Origin: an uncultured bacterium
Lineage (GTDB): Bacteria > UBP6 > UBA1177
Length of the DNA: 64,000 nt
Direction of reading: 5' to 3'
NCBI GenBank assembly: GCA_905235605.1
Contig: CAJOMF010000002.1
Coordinates: forward strand, 4,918 to 68,917
Position numbers and translations under genes: made by a program. Every line of letters begins with the position of its first letter. The first letter of the stretch is position 1. Positions 20,127 to 30,923 of the stretch are shown in pieces. The notes under the pieces are model-generated. The model saw nothing but the letters and a program-made list of their open reading frames with translations, did no database searches and was not told the DNA's origin.

Positions 20127-20645
20127 ATGAACTTTTTTAAATGCACTGCATGCGGAGGCTGCTGCTCGGGCGACGGGTCGGTTTTTCTCTATCCGGAAGA
20201 TGTCAGAAGTCTGGCGGAAAACTTTAAAATGCCGCTTCAGGAATTTATCGACAAATACACAGATTTCGTGATCATGGAATACTGCGAAGAAGGAACATCT
20301 TTTTCCTATCTACCTTATATCATTATGAAAAAAGAGAACGATGCCTGTATTTTCCTAAAGTCGAAAAAATGCTCGATTCATGATTTTAAGCCGTTCCAGT
20401 GTAAAAACACTCCCTTCGTAAGCGAATTTTTCACCGATGACGAATGGCGGAAATATTTAATGAAACACTGCCCTGCGCTGATGAGGCTCAAAGAAGAAGA
20501 TCTTGAGCAGTATAAACCACTTGCACAGATTTCGGACGAAAAAAACCAGTCTTACGAGTTTCTTTTGAGGCAGAACGGCTACAGCCTTGAAAAAATTCTG
20601 GGTGTAACACTTCCGGAACCGAAAATCATTCCGGTCGGATCTTGA
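20127..20645 (+). CDS. YkgJ/UPF0153-family Fe-S (CxxCxxCC) protein
   Basis: CTACGGCCSGDG motif plus downstream Cys residues (CIFLKSKKCSIHD...FQC). Confidence 0.7.
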   Translation: MNFFKCTACGGCCSGDGSVFLYPEDVRSLAENFKMPLQEFIDKYTDFVIMEYCEEGTSFSYLPYIIMKKENDACIFLKSKKCSIHDFKPFQCKNTPFVSEFFTDDEWRKYLMKHCPALMRLKEEDLEQYKPLAQISDEKNQSYEFLLRQNGYSLEKILGVTLPEPKIIPVGS

Positions 20646-21621
20646 AGAATTTCTCAGCCGAATCAAGCCACTCTTCGGCGTCCATCACAAAACCAATGTC
20701 AGAATAATTGAATATTTCCGCAGATTTATCAGTATTTACCGCAACAATGAAACCGCTCGATTTCATTCCTGCAAGATGCTGGACGGCTCCCGAAATGCCG
20801 ATCGCAAAATAAATTTCAGGAGTTATGGTCTTTCCCGACTGCCCGACCTGACGCGGCTGTTCAAGCCACCCTTTTTCGACGATTTTTCGAGAGCATGCAA
20901 GCACGCCGCCGATACTTCTGGCAAAATTACCTATTCGCTGCATAAGTTCGCATGAGGAGACGCCGCTGCCTACAGAAACAACGATATCAGCGTCTTCTAT
21001 TTTTTCACAATCACCTGAAATTATTGAATTTTCATCGAGTTTCAGAACTTTTTCAGCAAGAAGCGAAAAATCATTTTTAACGATGATCTTTTCAAAATTC
21101 TCTACCTTGAACTCCTTTTTCTTGAAAACTGAAGGACGTGCCGTCGCCATCTGCGGCAGAGTTGAAGGCGAAATTATATGCGCCAGGATGTTGCCGCCTA
21201 AAGCAGGTCTGATCTGGACAAGACGCCCTTCAGAATCGATATCGAAATCGGTGCAGTCAGCTGTTATTCCGCAGTGAAGCCGCGCCGCAACTTCGGGAGC
21301 GAGCACTCTGCCGTAATCGGTCGCAGGAAAGAGGACAGTTGAAGGTGAAATCTCTGTAATTATTGAAGAAATTGCCGAAACATCGGCTTCGAGCTCAAAA
21401 AAACCGACCTTCCTGTGGGATAAAACGAAAACTTTGTCGGCTCCGAACTCCCCCAGAATAGAAACATCGCAGTTTTCACCGGCACAAACAAGAGCGATGA
21501 CTTTTTCACCGGTTTTTTCTGCAAGATTACGCGCCGCACCAAGAAGTTCGAAAGTTACGTTTTTGAAAGAACCGTCGTTTTCGATCGAACAGACTACTGC
21601 AATTCCTGAGTTTTTCATCAA
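20626..21621 (-). CDS. etfA: Electron transfer flavoprotein alpha subunit
   Basis: C-terminal FAD-binding signature AIGISGAVQHLAGMKSSGFIVAVNTDKSAEIF. No etfB adjacent. Confidence 0.8.
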   Translation of the reverse strand: MMKNSGIAVVCSIENDGSFKNVTFELLGAARNLAEKTGEKVIALVCAGENCDVSILGEFGADKVFVLSHRKVGFFELEADVSAISSIITEISPSTVLFPATDYGRVLAPEVAARLHCGITADCTDFDIDSEGRLVQIRPALGGNILAHIISPSTLPQMATARPSVFKKKEFKVENFEKIIVKNDFSLLAEKVLKLDENSIISGDCEKIEDADIVVSVGSGVSSCELMQRIGNFARSIGGVLACSRKIVEKGWLEQPRQVGQSGKTITPEIYFAIGISGAVQHLAGMKSSGFIVAVNTDKSAEIFNYSDIGFVMDAEEWLDSAEKFFKIRPE

Positions 21622-22925
21622 ATTTTCTCGCCGCGCATTGTGTTTTCAAGGATCTCGACAACTTTGACAGGTATGATCTTCCCTTTATCCGCCGCAGTAG
21701 AGCCGGCTATGTGAACGATCAGATTGTGCTCGCTTCTACCCATGAAAGTGTCGCCTTTCGGGCTTGCCGATTCGACTAAAACATTGACCGTGCGACCCAA
21801 ATATCTGCCGCGCACCTCTTTCAACCTCTTCTTTTCAAGATCCAGAAGTTCGTTAAGGCGGGCAAACTTTTCCTCTTCAGGAACATCGTCAGCCATTTTT
21901 TCGGCTTTCGTGAAAGGCCTCGGAGAGTAGTTGAAAGCAAAGATCGAATCATAGCCGACGAGATCGACAAGTTTCATCGTATCTTCGAATTCTTCGCGCG
22001 TTTCTCCCGGGAAACCGACGATAAAATCGCTGCTGAGCGCGATGTCGGGGCAGTATTTGCGGGCAAGTTCCATCTTTTCGATGTAGTTTTCAACGGTGTA
22101 GCGCCTGTTCATCAGCTTTAAAATCCTGTTGTTTCCCGACTGAGCCGGAAGATGCAGGTACGGCATAAGATTGGGGATCTCGCCGAATGCTCTTGCAAGT
22201 TCCTCCCCGAAATCTTTCGGATGGCTAGTTATGAAACGGATTCTTTTCAAAGCTGTTTTTTCAGAAATTTCGTGCAGAAGTCCGGCAAAAGTTTTGCCGT
22301 TTTCGGGATCTTTGTAGCTGTTGACGTTCTGCCCCAGCAGAGTGACTTCCTGAATGCCGGAATCAACAAGTTTCTGGATTTCTTCAAGGATCACAGTACT
22401 TTTCCTGCTGATCTCACGGCCTCTTACAAAGGGAACTATGCAGTAGCTGCAGAAGTTGTTGCAGCCGTGCATTACTGTGATATACGAAGAATACGGACTG
22501 AAGAAACTCCCTTTCGACCTTGCCGGAAAAATCTCCTCGCGCTCAAGCGAATCGGCTTTGTTAGAGACGAACGGAAAAACGCCCTTTTCGGCGACATCCG
22601 GGATCATATCTTCGGCGCCGGGACCGAAAACTCCGTCGACATACGGGATCTTTTCAATTATTTCGCCGCCCAGCTGCTGAGCAACACAGCCCATTATAAA
22701 AATCCTCGTTCCATTCGATTTTTTCTGCGGCAGATAACGGCCTGCGCAGCTGTAAAGTTTAAGCAGCGGCTTTTCACGCACGCTGCAGCTGTTTATTATG
22801 ATAAGGTCTGCCTCTTCCGCATTTTCGGTATATTCCCAGCCTTTTTCGGCAAGCATAACGGCAACGCGTTCGCTGTCGTAGACATTCATCTGACAACCGA
22901 AAGTATGAATAAAAAATTTTTTCAC
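21618..22925 (-). CDS. miaB: tRNA-2-methylthio-N6-dimethylallyladenosine synthase MiaB
   Basis: KKFFIHTFGCQMN N-terminus, radical SAM CxxxCxxC (CNNFCSYC) and TRAM C-terminus. GTG start at 22923-22925 with a GGAGGA RBS; the ORF-track extension would overlap a terminator. Confidence 0.85.
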   Translation of the reverse strand: MKKFFIHTFGCQMNVYDSERVAVMLAEKGWEYTENAEEADLIIINSCSVREKPLLKLYSCAGRYLPQKKSNGTRIFIMGCVAQQLGGEIIEKIPYVDGVFGPGAEDMIPDVAEKGVFPFVSNKADSLEREEIFPARSKGSFFSPYSSYITVMHGCNNFCSYCIVPFVRGREISRKSTVILEEIQKLVDSGIQEVTLLGQNVNSYKDPENGKTFAGLLHEISEKTALKRIRFITSHPKDFGEELARAFGEIPNLMPYLHLPAQSGNNRILKLMNRRYTVENYIEKMELARKYCPDIALSSDFIVGFPGETREEFEDTMKLVDLVGYDSIFAFNYSPRPFTKAEKMADDVPEEEKFARLNELLDLEKKRLKEVRGRYLGRTVNVLVESASPKGDTFMGRSEHNLIVHIAGSTAADKGKIIPVKVVEILENTMRGEKI

Positions 22926-22941
22926 GACTCCTCCAAAAAGC

Positions 22942-22971
22942 AAAAAAAAACGGGGGAAAACCCCCGTTTTT
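22942..22971 (-). terminator. Rho-independent terminator of the Kelch-lipoprotein gene
   Basis: CGGGGG-aaaa-CCCCCG stem, flanked by A9 on plus and T5 on the other side. On the minus strand it reads stem plus T-run. Confidence 0.6.
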
Positions 22972-22990
22972 AATCAAACCGGATTAACGG

Positions 22991-24727
22991 CTACGGAACT
23001 GCGTAGCTGCCTACCTGATAAACATATTTTCCACCGAGCATGAAAACCTGACCGAGAGCATCAACAGCAACCGGACCATCAACTATGGTTGCATCACTTT
23101 CAGGATCATGGTTTTCATCCATAAGACTGTCTTTAACCGAAGACGAAAAAACCTCTCTACCGAGGTCGGAATCCTTAACTCTCTTTACCTGAAGAACGAA
23201 AACAATCTGATCTGTTGCATTTTTCTTCGTTCTGTCGATTTCTTTCGTACCGCAGTTTACAGCAACATATTTAATAACGTTTTTCTCTTCCGAACCGAGA
23301 AGAGCAGCTGAAGGTCTCGAACATTCGTTTGCAGTACCGTTTTTATCGTAAACAAGAGCATTTTCACCGTTTTCACTGAAAACCAAAAGATTCGGGTTGG
23401 CTACCCACATCCACGAAGACTCGTCATCACCGTCACGAAGATATCCGCCAAGCACTGCAACAACAGTTTCATCGTCTTCTTTGTCATCCATAAGAACGCT
23501 GACTGCTGCCGGAGAAATAAGACCTTTTGTAGTCAATTCAGCATCGTCGCCGTTGTTTCTGTCGGTGACCGCCATCGGAACTGATGAACCTTTTGTTACG
23601 AGTTCTACAAAATTTTCACCGAGAACCGGAGTTTCTTTTCCTTCTTTTGCATCGGTCGATCCTCCGACAACAAGTATTCTCGGAGTAACAGTTTTAACAT
23701 CATTTTCATCGACAACGACTGTCGAAACATCGGCAACAGCATGATTACAGCGGCCTGTCTTCAATGTCGCGAAAAGCTCGGAAACAACAGAACCTGTTTT
23801 TGCTGAAATTTTATAAACAGAACTTGAAGCGCCGGAATCTGTGCAACCGCCGACAATGTAAACATCTCCGTCGATCGTGATCGCTTTTGCCTTTGTAAGC
23901 GCCGAAGCACCGAGAGCAATCATTTCATATTTGTCCGATTTCGGATCGTAAATCCAAACTGAATCATTGAGAGCGTCATCTTCACCCGTACCAAGCCCTA
24001 CAACAACTTTTCCAGTTTCACTTCCGTCATCAAGAAGAGCCGCGATATGATCATAAAGTTTTGCAGGAAGTTTCAGATCCTTTCTGGCGATATTTTTCAT
24101 ATCAAAGATGGCAGCTTTATTAAAAACTTCATCTTCTTCCATATCATACCCGCCTGCCATATAGACTCTGCCGTCTTTGAGAGCGACAGCCGCAGCACCT
24201 TTCGAACCGCCGTCATCGACATAAGATTCGAGCGAATTTTTGTCGCTGTGCGTCCTGTCGGAAACAACTCTTGCAAAATCGCCGACCGGTGCAAGGAAAA
24301 TGTTTACTTCATAATTATTTTTATCATCATAATAAACACCGTCGATACCGCCGGTTAGTTTAAGCTTTTCGTTCGAATTCGTAACTTCTACAAAGAAACG
24401 GTAGTAAGCACCCTTTTTGAGAGACCTGATGAATTCTTCCTTTCCGCCTTTGTTGTCGCCGACTTTTATGAGTTTACGGTCTGCATAAACATATTCATCG
24501 GCGATATTGGATTTGGAATAAATCGAAAGCATGACCTGGTCGCTTTCATTTATGCAGTAGGTATAATCATAGTCTTCATCTAAATCATTACAAACGCCTT
24601 CATAATCGATCGGGAGTTTCAGCGTTATTTTGAAATCACCGGTATTGCCCGAATCGCAAGATATGAGCATAAAGGCTAAAATGAAAGCCAGAGAGAGAAA
24701 AAACAATCTTTTCATAAAATCCTCCAA
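22991..24727 (-). CDS. Kelch/beta-propeller repeat lipoprotein
   Basis: 578 aa with lipobox LISC. Repeated GG[YC] blade motifs (VYMAGGY, VYIVGG, ILVVGG, VAVLGGY, VFMLGGKY). Confidence 0.5.
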   Translation of the reverse strand: MEDFMKRLFFLSLAFILAFMLISCDSGNTGDFKITLKLPIDYEGVCNDLDEDYDYTYCINESDQVMLSIYSKSNIADEYVYADRKLIKVGDNKGGKEEFIRSLKKGAYYRFFVEVTNSNEKLKLTGGIDGVYYDDKNNYEVNIFLAPVGDFARVVSDRTHSDKNSLESYVDDGGSKGAAAVALKDGRVYMAGGYDMEEDEVFNKAAIFDMKNIARKDLKLPAKLYDHIAALLDDGSETGKVVVGLGTGEDDALNDSVWIYDPKSDKYEMIALGASALTKAKAITIDGDVYIVGGCTDSGASSSVYKISAKTGSVVSELFATLKTGRCNHAVADVSTVVVDENDVKTVTPRILVVGGSTDAKEGKETPVLGENFVELVTKGSSVPMAVTDRNNGDDAELTTKGLISPAAVSVLMDDKEDDETVVAVLGGYLRDGDDESSWMWVANPNLLVFSENGENALVYDKNGTANECSRPSAALLGSEEKNVIKYVAVNCGTKEIDRTKKNATDQIVFVLQVKRVKDSDLGREVFSSSVKDSLMDENHDPESDATIVDGPVAVDALGQVFMLGGKYVYQVGSYAVP

Positions 24728-24741
24728 AATCGTCCGATTTA

Positions 24742-25110
24742 TTACTTTGCGTTATCCCATTCGATAGTTTTGCCGTTAGGCTCAGAGGTCCTTGTTCCGT
24801 AGTAGATGCCTACCGCGGCACCGGCGATAACGACAACAGCTACCGTAGCAATGAACCATGTCTGTTTGTAGAAGGGAGTGGACTGAGTTTCAGCCATAGA
24901 CTCTTCTTTGTCATCTTCAGCTTTGTCGTTGACATTGCCTTCAAAGTAGAAATTGTCGCCGACTTTAAGGTTGACACCCGACGGCTGCTCCTGCGCCTGA
25001 GCTTGTTCCTGAACCTGTCCCTGTTCTTCTTCCTGCTCTTCCTGAGAATAAACCGGAGAAACTAAACTTACGATCAAAACCATAACAAGCAATTTTGAAA
25101 AAAACTTCAT
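24742..25110 (-). CDS. Small secreted Q/E-rich protein with C-terminal TM anchor
   Basis: Start MKFFSKLLVMVLIV. Low-complexity QEEQEEEQGQ stretch. C-terminal TM FIATVAVVVIAGAAVGIYY. Confidence 0.4.
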   Translation of the reverse strand: MKFFSKLLVMVLIVSLVSPVYSQEEQEEEQGQVQEQAQAQEQPSGVNLKVGDNFYFEGNVNDKAEDDKEESMAETQSTPFYKQTWFIATVAVVVIAGAAVGIYYGTRTSEPNGKTIEWDNAK

Positions 25111-25245
25111 GTCACTAACCCTATAAAAAATTGTCCAATTTAACACCTAAAACAATCAGCGGCGGTGTTTACCAAATTTTACACCGTCAGTCAAACTTTT
25201 TTTGCAATTAAAAATTTGCACATCAAAACGTATTTTTTTAATCCG

Positions 25246-25614
25246 TCATTCATTTTCAAAGACAAGGATTTTTCTAATATTTTCAGCCATTTTATTTAAA
25301 GCATCAGAAGTCGGGCGGAATTCTTTCTTCATATATAGCGCGGCAAAATCGACATTGTTTCCGTCTCCCGGATCTGTTTTTGCAGAAAAAATTAAAGGAA
25401 CTTTTCCGATGATCCTGTCGTGCTGCCGACGAATTTCTTCAGCGGAAAAATCTTCTTCCGGCAGCGTGTTGAACGAAAACAATGCTCCGTTTGACAACAA
25501 AACCGAAGTGCTGACTTTAAAAACTGCTCCCGAAGGAACAAGTCCGGTATGAATGCTGAATTTCAGACCCGATGCTGATATTTCTGAATCAAAACAAGGA
25601 AAATCCGACATCAA
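25246..25614 (-). CDS. Hypothetical protein
   Basis: 122-aa ORF, 4-nt overlap with rpoZ (operonic). No motif I recognise. Confidence 0.35.
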   Translation of the reverse strand: MMSDFPCFDSEISASGLKFSIHTGLVPSGAVFKVSTSVLLSNGALFSFNTLPEEDFSAEEIRRQHDRIIGKVPLIFSAKTDPGDGNNVDFAALYMKKEFRPTSDALNKMAENIRKILVFENE

Positions 25615-25877
25615 TCTTCATCCTGGCTGCGGATGTATCTTGAAATTTTGCGGCGGCGGTGGAAGTGCTTCTTCTGTTTGTTGGCCGCATAACCGAGCTC
25701 TATTTTGCCGGCACTGACTTCACGAAGCGCGATGATCGGCGGTTTGTTGCCTTTCGTGTTGGCGATAAGCGGCTCGGCACCGTCAAGAAGCTGACGCGTC
25801 CTTTTCGCCGCGAGGATTATGAGTTCCATTCTGTTCGGAACTTTTTCGAGACAATCTTCAACTGTTACTCTTGCCAT
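25611..25877 (-). CDS. rpoZ: DNA-directed RNA polymerase subunit omega
   Basis: [30 protein letters not shown] is a canonical RpoZ N-terminus. Confidence 0.8.
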   Translation of the reverse strand: MARVTVEDCLEKVPNRMELIILAAKRTRQLLDGAEPLIANTKGNKPPIIALREVSAGKIELGYAANKQKKHFHRRRKISRYIRSQDED

Positions 25878-25948
25878 GAATTTCTCCTTCAAACAAAAAA
25901 TCCGCGGTAGTATAGTGATATTTTTCTGGAAATCAATTTTTCGGGATA

Positions 25949-26980
25949 TTACGCGAAATAGCTCTTCGTGATCTCGACTCTTTCGGCTTTGTCTGTTTTC
26001 ACGATCCTGCCGACTACATATCTGTCGGAGTTTTCAAGCAGAGCATCGACCTGTTCCGGCGGCACGATCAGCATGAAGCCCGTTCCGCAGTTGAAAGTGG
26101 TGAACATTTCGCGCTCGCTCAAGTCTGCGCATTTTTTGAGCCACTTAAATACCGGAAGCACTTTGAAATCGCCGTCGATAAGTGCACCGAGACCTCCGGG
26201 GATGACTCTCGGGATATTTTCGTAAAATCCGCCGCCAGTGATGTGGACCATGCCGCGGATGTCGAATTTTCTGATGAGGTCGAGAACTTCCTTGACATAT
26301 ATCCTCGTGGGTTTCAGGAACTCTTCAGCTACCGTGCAACCGAGTTCTTCGATCCTGTCGTTCACTTTGAGCCCCATTTTTTCGAGGACGATCTTTCTGA
26401 CGAGCGAGTATCCGTTCGAGTGGACGCCCGTTGACGGGATCCCGACGATGACGTCGCCTTCCTTTATCTTCGAACCGTCGATTATCTTGCTTTTGTCGAC
26501 TACACCGACGTTGAAACCGGCGAGGTCGTATTCACCTTCCGCGTAAAAGCCCGGCATTTCGGCAGTTTCACCGCCGACGAGAGCGCATCCTGCCTGACGG
26601 CATCCTTCCGCGATACCCGAAACGACTTCCACGCCGACTTCGCTTCTCAGTTTTCCCGTCGCAAAATAATCAAGGAAAAAGAGAGGTTCCGCGCCGCCGA
26701 CAATGACGTCGTTCACGCACATCGCAACGAGGTCGATACCGATCGTGTCGTGTTTGTTTGCAAGAAAAGCGAACTTGAGTTTCGTTCCGACACCGTCTGT
26801 TCCGCTGACTAAAACGGGCTCTCTGATCCCTTCCGGGATAGAAACAAGCGATGAAAAACCGCCTATTCCGGCGAGAACTTCGGGACGCATCGTGTTTTTG
26901 ACGAGTGGTTTGATCTTGTCGACCATCGCTGCACCTTCAGCAATATCGACTCCTGCATTTTTGTAATTGATTTCAGACAT
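25949..26980 (-). CDS. purM: Phosphoribosylformylglycinamidine cyclo-ligase (AIR synthetase)
   Basis: NYKNAGVDI...; PurM N- and C-domain signatures. Confidence 0.9.
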   Translation of the reverse strand: MSEINYKNAGVDIAEGAAMVDKIKPLVKNTMRPEVLAGIGGFSSLVSIPEGIREPVLVSGTDGVGTKLKFAFLANKHDTIGIDLVAMCVNDVIVGGAEPLFFLDYFATGKLRSEVGVEVVSGIAEGCRQAGCALVGGETAEMPGFYAEGEYDLAGFNVGVVDKSKIIDGSKIKEGDVIVGIPSTGVHSNGYSLVRKIVLEKMGLKVNDRIEELGCTVAEEFLKPTRIYVKEVLDLIRKFDIRGMVHITGGGFYENIPRVIPGGLGALIDGDFKVLPVFKWLKKCADLSEREMFTTFNCGTGFMLIVPPEQVDALLENSDRYVVGRIVKTDKAERVEITKSYFA

Positions 26981-27078
26981 CTCTTTCTCCAAATAAAAAA
27001 TCCGGCTGAATATATAAAACCGCGCGCATTTTGCAAACTTTATGGAACGAATTAGAAAAACCGGTGAAAAAATGCTGT

Positions 27079-28317
27079 TTATTCGGGATGTGCAAGATCG
27101 TTTTTTTCAATATAACTGCGAAGATACTTTTCATAAGCGCCGCTGTTGAATTTCACGCTTTCCTTCAAGCGCTCCGTGTCAAGCAGCCCGCCGGACAGTA
27201 TGAATTTCAATTTATCGTAATAAAACGCCAGATCTTCGTCTTTTATATGATTGACCCCGCTATCCAAAGTTTTTTTATAACCGTCAGGGATTTTCCTTCT
27301 CATGTGACCGACTCTCCAGCGCTTAAGACGAACGGCTGGAAGTCTGACAAGCAGCGGATCATACAAACGGTATTCGTAGCCGTCTTTGTTTCCGCTGTAA
27401 AATCTGAGTATCCCGTAATTTCTCAGCTTTGTAATCGCCGTCAGTTTTCCGTTTTTTGAATAATCTTCAAGCATGGGAATCAGTCCGGTATTTTTATAAT
27501 AGTATTCCTGTTCGTCGGCATACCAGCAGGGAGAGTTTTCCTTGACATAGTCGTCATAAGACTGTTGTACGGCAGGGATCAGCAATACAGCGTAAAAAAA
27601 CGCAGTCAGGACTACAGAGCAAAAAAACGGGATATTCTGCCGTCCTTCGACAGGCATGAACATAAGGAATAGGGCAGTCCACAACAACGAAAGAAAATGA
27701 CGCCCGAGCATGAAATCGCCGCCGATATAAATTATGTAGACCAGATACATTGCGATCCCCAGCGTTACAAACAGCATTTTGGGATTTTTGTAATTTGTAC
27801 ACAGATTGTAAATTATGAACGATACCGGCAGCAGCAGTAACGCAGCGTCAAAAAACAAAGAGCGTTCCATGAAAATCCGTCCGCATCCTTTTCGTCTTTC
27901 TTATACCTGAACAGAAACACATAAGCCGAGGTAAGCGCAAAAATAAGGGCGCAGTCCATCCGCTCTGTAAATCAGTCTGAACAGCATGAACAAGGAAATA
28001 CCGGAAAAAAGCAGATTGAAAATCATCCCTACCGCATAAGGATCGTTCCAGACAACCGTTCCCAGAGTCACAACAATCGTCCACAGCGGACATGTCGAAA
28101 CATTCACCCTTATTCCCGGAGCAGGCGTAAACCCTTTGCCGGCAAGAAGATTGGCTGACATCACATAAGCGTGATAGGCGTCGTCACTGCACCACGCATA
28201 GGAAAGGATCCTGATAAAGACAAGTATGAAAGCCAAAATGAAAAACGAATCCTTTGTTGTCAAACTGTTTAAAAATCCGTTTTTTCTGATTTTTTCCGGC
28301 ACCATCCTGAACATCAT
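27079..28317 (-). pseudogene. Putative glycosyltransferase-like multi-pass membrane protein, interrupted by an in-frame TAA
   Basis: ORF 27901-28317 and ORF 27079-27870 are in the same frame (offset 447 nt), separated by the ochre codon at 27901-27903 and 10 codons. Joined they give an approximately 410-aa polytopic protein with a WCSDDAYHAY loop. Confidence 0.5.
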
Positions 28318-28464
28318 TTCCGCACCTCGAATAAGAATACTGCAAAGTTATAGCTATTTGTCGAAAATTGTAAACTTTTTCAAAACGATAACGGTTTTCC
28401 GGCAAAAAATTGAAAAACAGACCGACTACCGTATATTAGTCCGTTATTTTTTTGGGAGGAGAAT

Positions 28465-29103
28465 ATGCCGCTTTTTATCGGGATCGCCGGGGGATCCGGT
28501 TCGGGAAAAACAACAGTTGCAAAAAACATCAAACAGGCTTTTTCAACGGACGAAAGAGTCGTTATCATCGAAATGGACAGTTATTACAATGACTTGTCCG
28601 GCAAAACTCTTGAGGAGCGCGAGAAGAACAACTACGACATTCCGGATGCGATCGACTTTCCGCTTCTCCGGCAGCAGCTTGACGATCTGAAGGCGAACAA
28701 GCCTGTAAACAAGCCGATCTACGACTTCGTGACTCACTCGCGCAGGCAGGAAACCGAGCTTATCGAGCCCGCCGACATCGTCATTCTCGAAGGGATCATG
28801 ACGTTCCACGATGAAAAAGTGAGAAATATGCTCGACATCAAGATTTTCGTAGATACCGACGCCGATATCCGCCTTTTGCGCAGGATCAGACGCGACATGG
28901 AGCAGCGCGGACGCTCGTTTGACGAGATCAGAGAGCGTTATTTCACGATGGTACGCCCGGCTTACCGCGATTTCGTAAAGCCGACGATGCGTTTTGCAGA
29001 CCTTGTAATTCCCGAAGGCGGACAGAATTTTGTCGCGATAGACATCATGGTATCAAAGATCGCACACTGGCTTTCGGACAAAGAAAAATTACTCAAAAAA
29101 TGA
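28465..29103 (+). CDS. udk: Uridine kinase
   Basis: GIAGGSGSGKTT P-loop, 212 aa. Confidence 0.85.
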   Translation: MPLFIGIAGGSGSGKTTVAKNIKQAFSTDERVVIIEMDSYYNDLSGKTLEEREKNNYDIPDAIDFPLLRQQLDDLKANKPVNKPIYDFVTHSRRQETELIEPADIVILEGIMTFHDEKVRNMLDIKIFVDTDADIRLLRRIRRDMEQRGRSFDEIRERYFTMVRPAYRDFVKPTMRFADLVIPEGGQNFVAIDIMVSKIAHWLSDKEKLLKK

Positions 29104-29756
29104 AAAATCAGACAGTTATACCAGTCGACAAAGCCTTTTCGGCTCTCAGGATCTGGGTGAAAGAACTTGATTACGCGCCGGTGATCGACCTCATGGCGGC
29201 GGGTCACGACTCACCGTGGAAACTCCTCGCTTCGACCATGCTTTCGGCTCGTACTAAAGACGCAGTTACGACAAAAGCGTCGAAATCACTTTTTTCCCGT
29301 GCCGACACACCCGAAAAAACGGCCCTTCTTTCGGTCGAAGAGCTCGCCGAACTCATCTATCCCGTAGGTTTTTACAGGACGAAGGCGGAAAACCTCAAAA
29401 AACTTGCAGAAGATATCGTCGAAAGGTTCGGAGGCGAAGTCCCGCAGACGATCGAAGAGCTCACCACCCTTCCCGGAGTCGGCGTAAAAACAGCATCCCT
29501 CGTCCTGATCAAGGCTTTTGACAAATACGAGATCTGCGTTGACACTCATGTCCACCGTATTTCGAACATGTGGGGGCTCGTTTCGACAAAAACACCCGAA
29601 GAAACAAGGGATGAACTCAAAAAAACTCTTCCGAAAAAATACTGGAAAGAGATAAATCAGGAACTCGTCACGCTCGGGCAGACGATCTGCAGGCCGACCA
29701 AACATGAATGCAGCAAATGCCCGCTGAAAGGGCTTTGCCCTGCCGTTAAAATTTAG
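29100..29756 (+). CDS. nth: Endonuclease III-like HhH-GPD DNA glycosylase with C-terminal 4Cys cluster
   Basis: HhH motif LPGVGVKTASLVL and C-terminal C-x6-C-x2-C-x5-C (CRPTKHECSKCPLKGLC). Confidence 0.75.
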   Translation: MKNQTVIPVDKAFSALRIWVKELDYAPVIDLMAAGHDSPWKLLASTMLSARTKDAVTTKASKSLFSRADTPEKTALLSVEELAELIYPVGFYRTKAENLKKLAEDIVERFGGEVPQTIEELTTLPGVGVKTASLVLIKAFDKYEICVDTHVHRISNMWGLVSTKTPEETRDELKKTLPKKYWKEINQELVTLGQTICRPTKHECSKCPLKGLCPAVKI

Positions 29757-30018
29757 AATTATTCTGCTTGAAAATCTCTTTGGGTTTGTTTCCGCCGTGT
29801 ATGTACGCCCCGTTGCGGACAGGCCTATTTTTATTTAAAAATTCAATATTTTTTAGATATGTTTCTGAAAATTTTGTAAATCATAAAAATAAAACTAAAT
29901 TTTTATTTTGTTTCCCAGGAAATTTTTCTTTGATGTTGTGAATGGAAAATTGTGAAAACCAAATTGTTTTATTCGAATCATCGGATAAAATCGTCACTCT
30001 TGATGTTACGAGGTTCAA

Positions 30019-30882
30019 ATGGAAGAAAACAACAAAAATTCCGTATTACAAACTAAAACGCAGATCTTCGACAACAGTAAAATTCGTTCTGTATGGGATC
30101 GGGAGAATGAGAAATGGTATTTCGCTATTGTTGATGTGGTTGCCGTGTTGACTGAAAGTGCCGACCCTTTCGCGTATTGGCGCAAGTTGAAACAACGCTT
30201 GAAAGAAGAAGGAAATGAAAGCGTGACAAATTGTCACGCTTTGAAAATTCTTGCTGCGGACGGCAAAATGCGCATGACCGATGTCGGTGATGTCGAGCAG
30301 ATTCTAAGGCTGATCCAGTCTATTCCCAGCAAAAAAGCGGAACCTTTCAAACTCTGGCTTTCAAAAGTCGGGAGTGTGATTATTGACGAAGCATCCGATC
30401 CGGAACTTGCGATAGATCGTGCGATCAGGACTTACCGCAATCTCGGCTATAGTGAAAGCTGGATAAATCAAAGACTGAAATCTATTGAAGTTCGTAAGAA
30501 TTTGACTGACGAATGGGAAAGATCCGGCGTGAAACAAGGCCGTGAATACGCAATTCTGACTGATCTGATGTATCGCACCTGGGCAGGCATGAGTGCAAAA
30601 GAATATAAGGATTTCAAAGGTTTGAAAAAGGAAAGTCTGCGTGACAACATGACCAACGTCGAACTGATTTTGAATATGCTGGCGGAAGTTTCAGCAACAG
30701 AAATATCCAAGAATGAAAATCCTGAAAATCTTGAGCAAAGTGCCGAAATAGCAGTTTCAGGTGCGGAAGTTGCGCGTGATGCGAGAAAGTCTTTGGAAAA
30801 ACGCGGTGCCAAGACTATCAGCAGCAAAAATGCAAAGGAAATTGCGGATCAGCAGAATTTGTTGGAAGAAGAGAAAAATTGA
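30019..30882 (+). CDS. Bro-N domain protein (DinD-like, phage antirepressor-type)
   Basis: N-terminal IRSVWDRENEKWYFAIVDVVAVLTES fits the Bro-N consensus, about 287 aa. AT-rich upstream region. Confidence 0.6.
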   Translation: MEENNKNSVLQTKTQIFDNSKIRSVWDRENEKWYFAIVDVVAVLTESADPFAYWRKLKQRLKEEGNESVTNCHALKILAADGKMRMTDVGDVEQILRLIQSIPSKKAEPFKLWLSKVGSVIIDEASDPELAIDRAIRTYRNLGYSESWINQRLKSIEVRKNLTDEWERSGVKQGREYAILTDLMYRTWAGMSAKEYKDFKGLKKESLRDNMTNVELILNMLAEVSATEISKNENPENLEQSAEIAVSGAEVARDARKSLEKRGAKTISSKNAKEIADQQNLLEEEKN

Positions 30883-30923
30883 AAATCTATTGAAAACTCA
30901 ACCCCTTGTTTTGTGAAACCGTG

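Noticed and set aside
22926-22943. N-terminal MLFGGV extension of the miaB ORF
   Set aside because: It would overlap the upstream intrinsic terminator. GTG at 22923-25 with a GGAGGA RBS gives the canonical MKKFFIHTFGCQMN start.
27848-28093. 81-aa ORF spanning the junction of the split membrane-protein gene
   Set aside because: Different frame. The two halves are in-frame with each other and separated only by TAA, so this ORF is spurious.
29950-30010. tRNA-like GGTTCAAAT / TTCGAATCA motifs
   Set aside because: No acceptor stem or cloverleaf can be drawn. The motif is part of the Bro-N gene start region.
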